Below, in pieces: positions 63,065-64,000 of a stretch of 64,000 nucleotides of DNA (its first letter is position 1; every line of letters starts with the position of its first letter). The position numbers were made by a program, and so were the translations under genes. This stretch comes from Octopus sinensis (Eukaryota): positions 38,564,001-38,628,000 of the forward strand of contig NC_043009.1 in the NCBI RefSeq assembly GCF_006345805.1. Direction: 5' to 3'. The notes beneath the pieces are model-generated. The model was not told where the DNA came from. It saw nothing but the letters and a program-made list of their open reading frames with translations, and did not search any database.

Positions 63065-63399
63065 CAGATGGAGAGAGAGGGAGAGAGAAAGAGAGAGATG
63101 CATACATATAATTATGTGCATGTATGAACGTATGTATGTATATGAAAGCATGTTTATATGTTTCTCTCACATTATCATTCCATTTCTATCTCACTTTATT
63201 TCTCTCTCTCACTCTCTGTCTGTCTGTCTCTCTGTCTTTCTCTCTCTTGTACTTTATCAGTAATTCACTTATATGACTTCTCAATCTTTCATGCATTTAT
63301 ATTTTATATTTTTGTTACTGTATCAATTTTATGCATTCGTTAATTCTCGGTCGTTTATTCACTTATTCTTTTATTCCTATGCTTTAGTTTTCTCTCAGT

Positions 63400-63900
63400 A
63401 GCCATCTTTCATGTATTTTATTATTCTTCCTTCTCCGTTTTACCTCTTATACTTCTTATACTTAAACCCGTCATATATGCCCGACTCCTCTAATTTCCTT
63501 TTTCTCTCTGTTATTCCCTATTTATGTCTCCATATTTCTCTGTTCTTAAATTTCTAGCAAACAACGTCTCTCCTCTTAATTTCTCTTCTCATCTCCCTTT
63601 TCAATAAACTTTGCTCTCTTTCATTACTATTAGCTCTTAATTTAATAGAATTACTAACTTCGGTTTACAAATAGTCTCTAACTGGATTGGAAATGTTATT
63701 AACAAAGCTGTTCTAAAACTCTTCATCCAATGATGTGCATCTTTCTATCTAGTGCTCAGATCTGTGTAACAGTTCCTCTTTATTGCATTAAACCTAAATA
63801 TTTAACACATTAGCAAACTTGTTAGATAATAAAATTCTTTCTGAAATCCTTTGTGTCTCAGTAATATCGTTAACAATGTTGCCAGCACAAGTCGACAGCT
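63400..63900 (-). pseudogene. Decayed RTE-like RT C-terminal remnant
   Basis: VKYLG is followed downstream by GLSIRSIRGK, resembling the RTE (K)LGIRSIR segment. Aligned by eye. Confidence 0.45.
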
Positions 63901-64000
63901 AGATTATCTTTAAAATTATCATTCACTTGCCACCATTACCGAAGCTGTAAAAGGCTTCGCTACTAAATATCTTAGAGAAATTAAAAGAAGAATTAATAAA

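Overview
AT-rich, microsatellite-dense eukaryotic DNA, almost certainly intronic or intergenic. It is probably from a coleoid cephalopod (Octopus-like); this is inferred from the SINE families, LINE types and repeat landscape, not proven. I recognise no host protein-coding gene. Nearly all supplied ORFs are microsatellite artefacts, and only a few low-confidence candidate exons are visible. The window is dominated by mobile DNA: three tRNA-derived SINE families (called SINE1, SINE2a/2b and SINE3 here), a near-complete but frameshifted CR1/L2/Jockey-like LINE ORF2 (50.1-53.1 kb) plus truncated relatives, degenerate RTE-like remnants, a Tigger/pogo element, mariner and maT-like deletion derivatives, and several short Penelope-like (PLE) tails abutting (TA)n tracts. 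The most interesting signal is in the PLE tails, which carry minimal type-I hammerhead-ribozyme folds in three core flavours: canonical CUGACGA (33.7 kb, 58.7 kb), a compensatory G3:C8 core GUGAACA (33.5 kb, 26.1 kb) and an A6U-type core CUGUUGA (8.5 kb, 35.1 kb). Two of them sit in tandem about 250 nt apart. Other notable structure: a 3' stem-loop/GAAAC motif shared by SINE1 and two LINEs, several long hairpins and foldbacks, and an old strand-skewed ~30-40 bp array at 22.6-24.7 kb. All folds were derived by eye and are untested.
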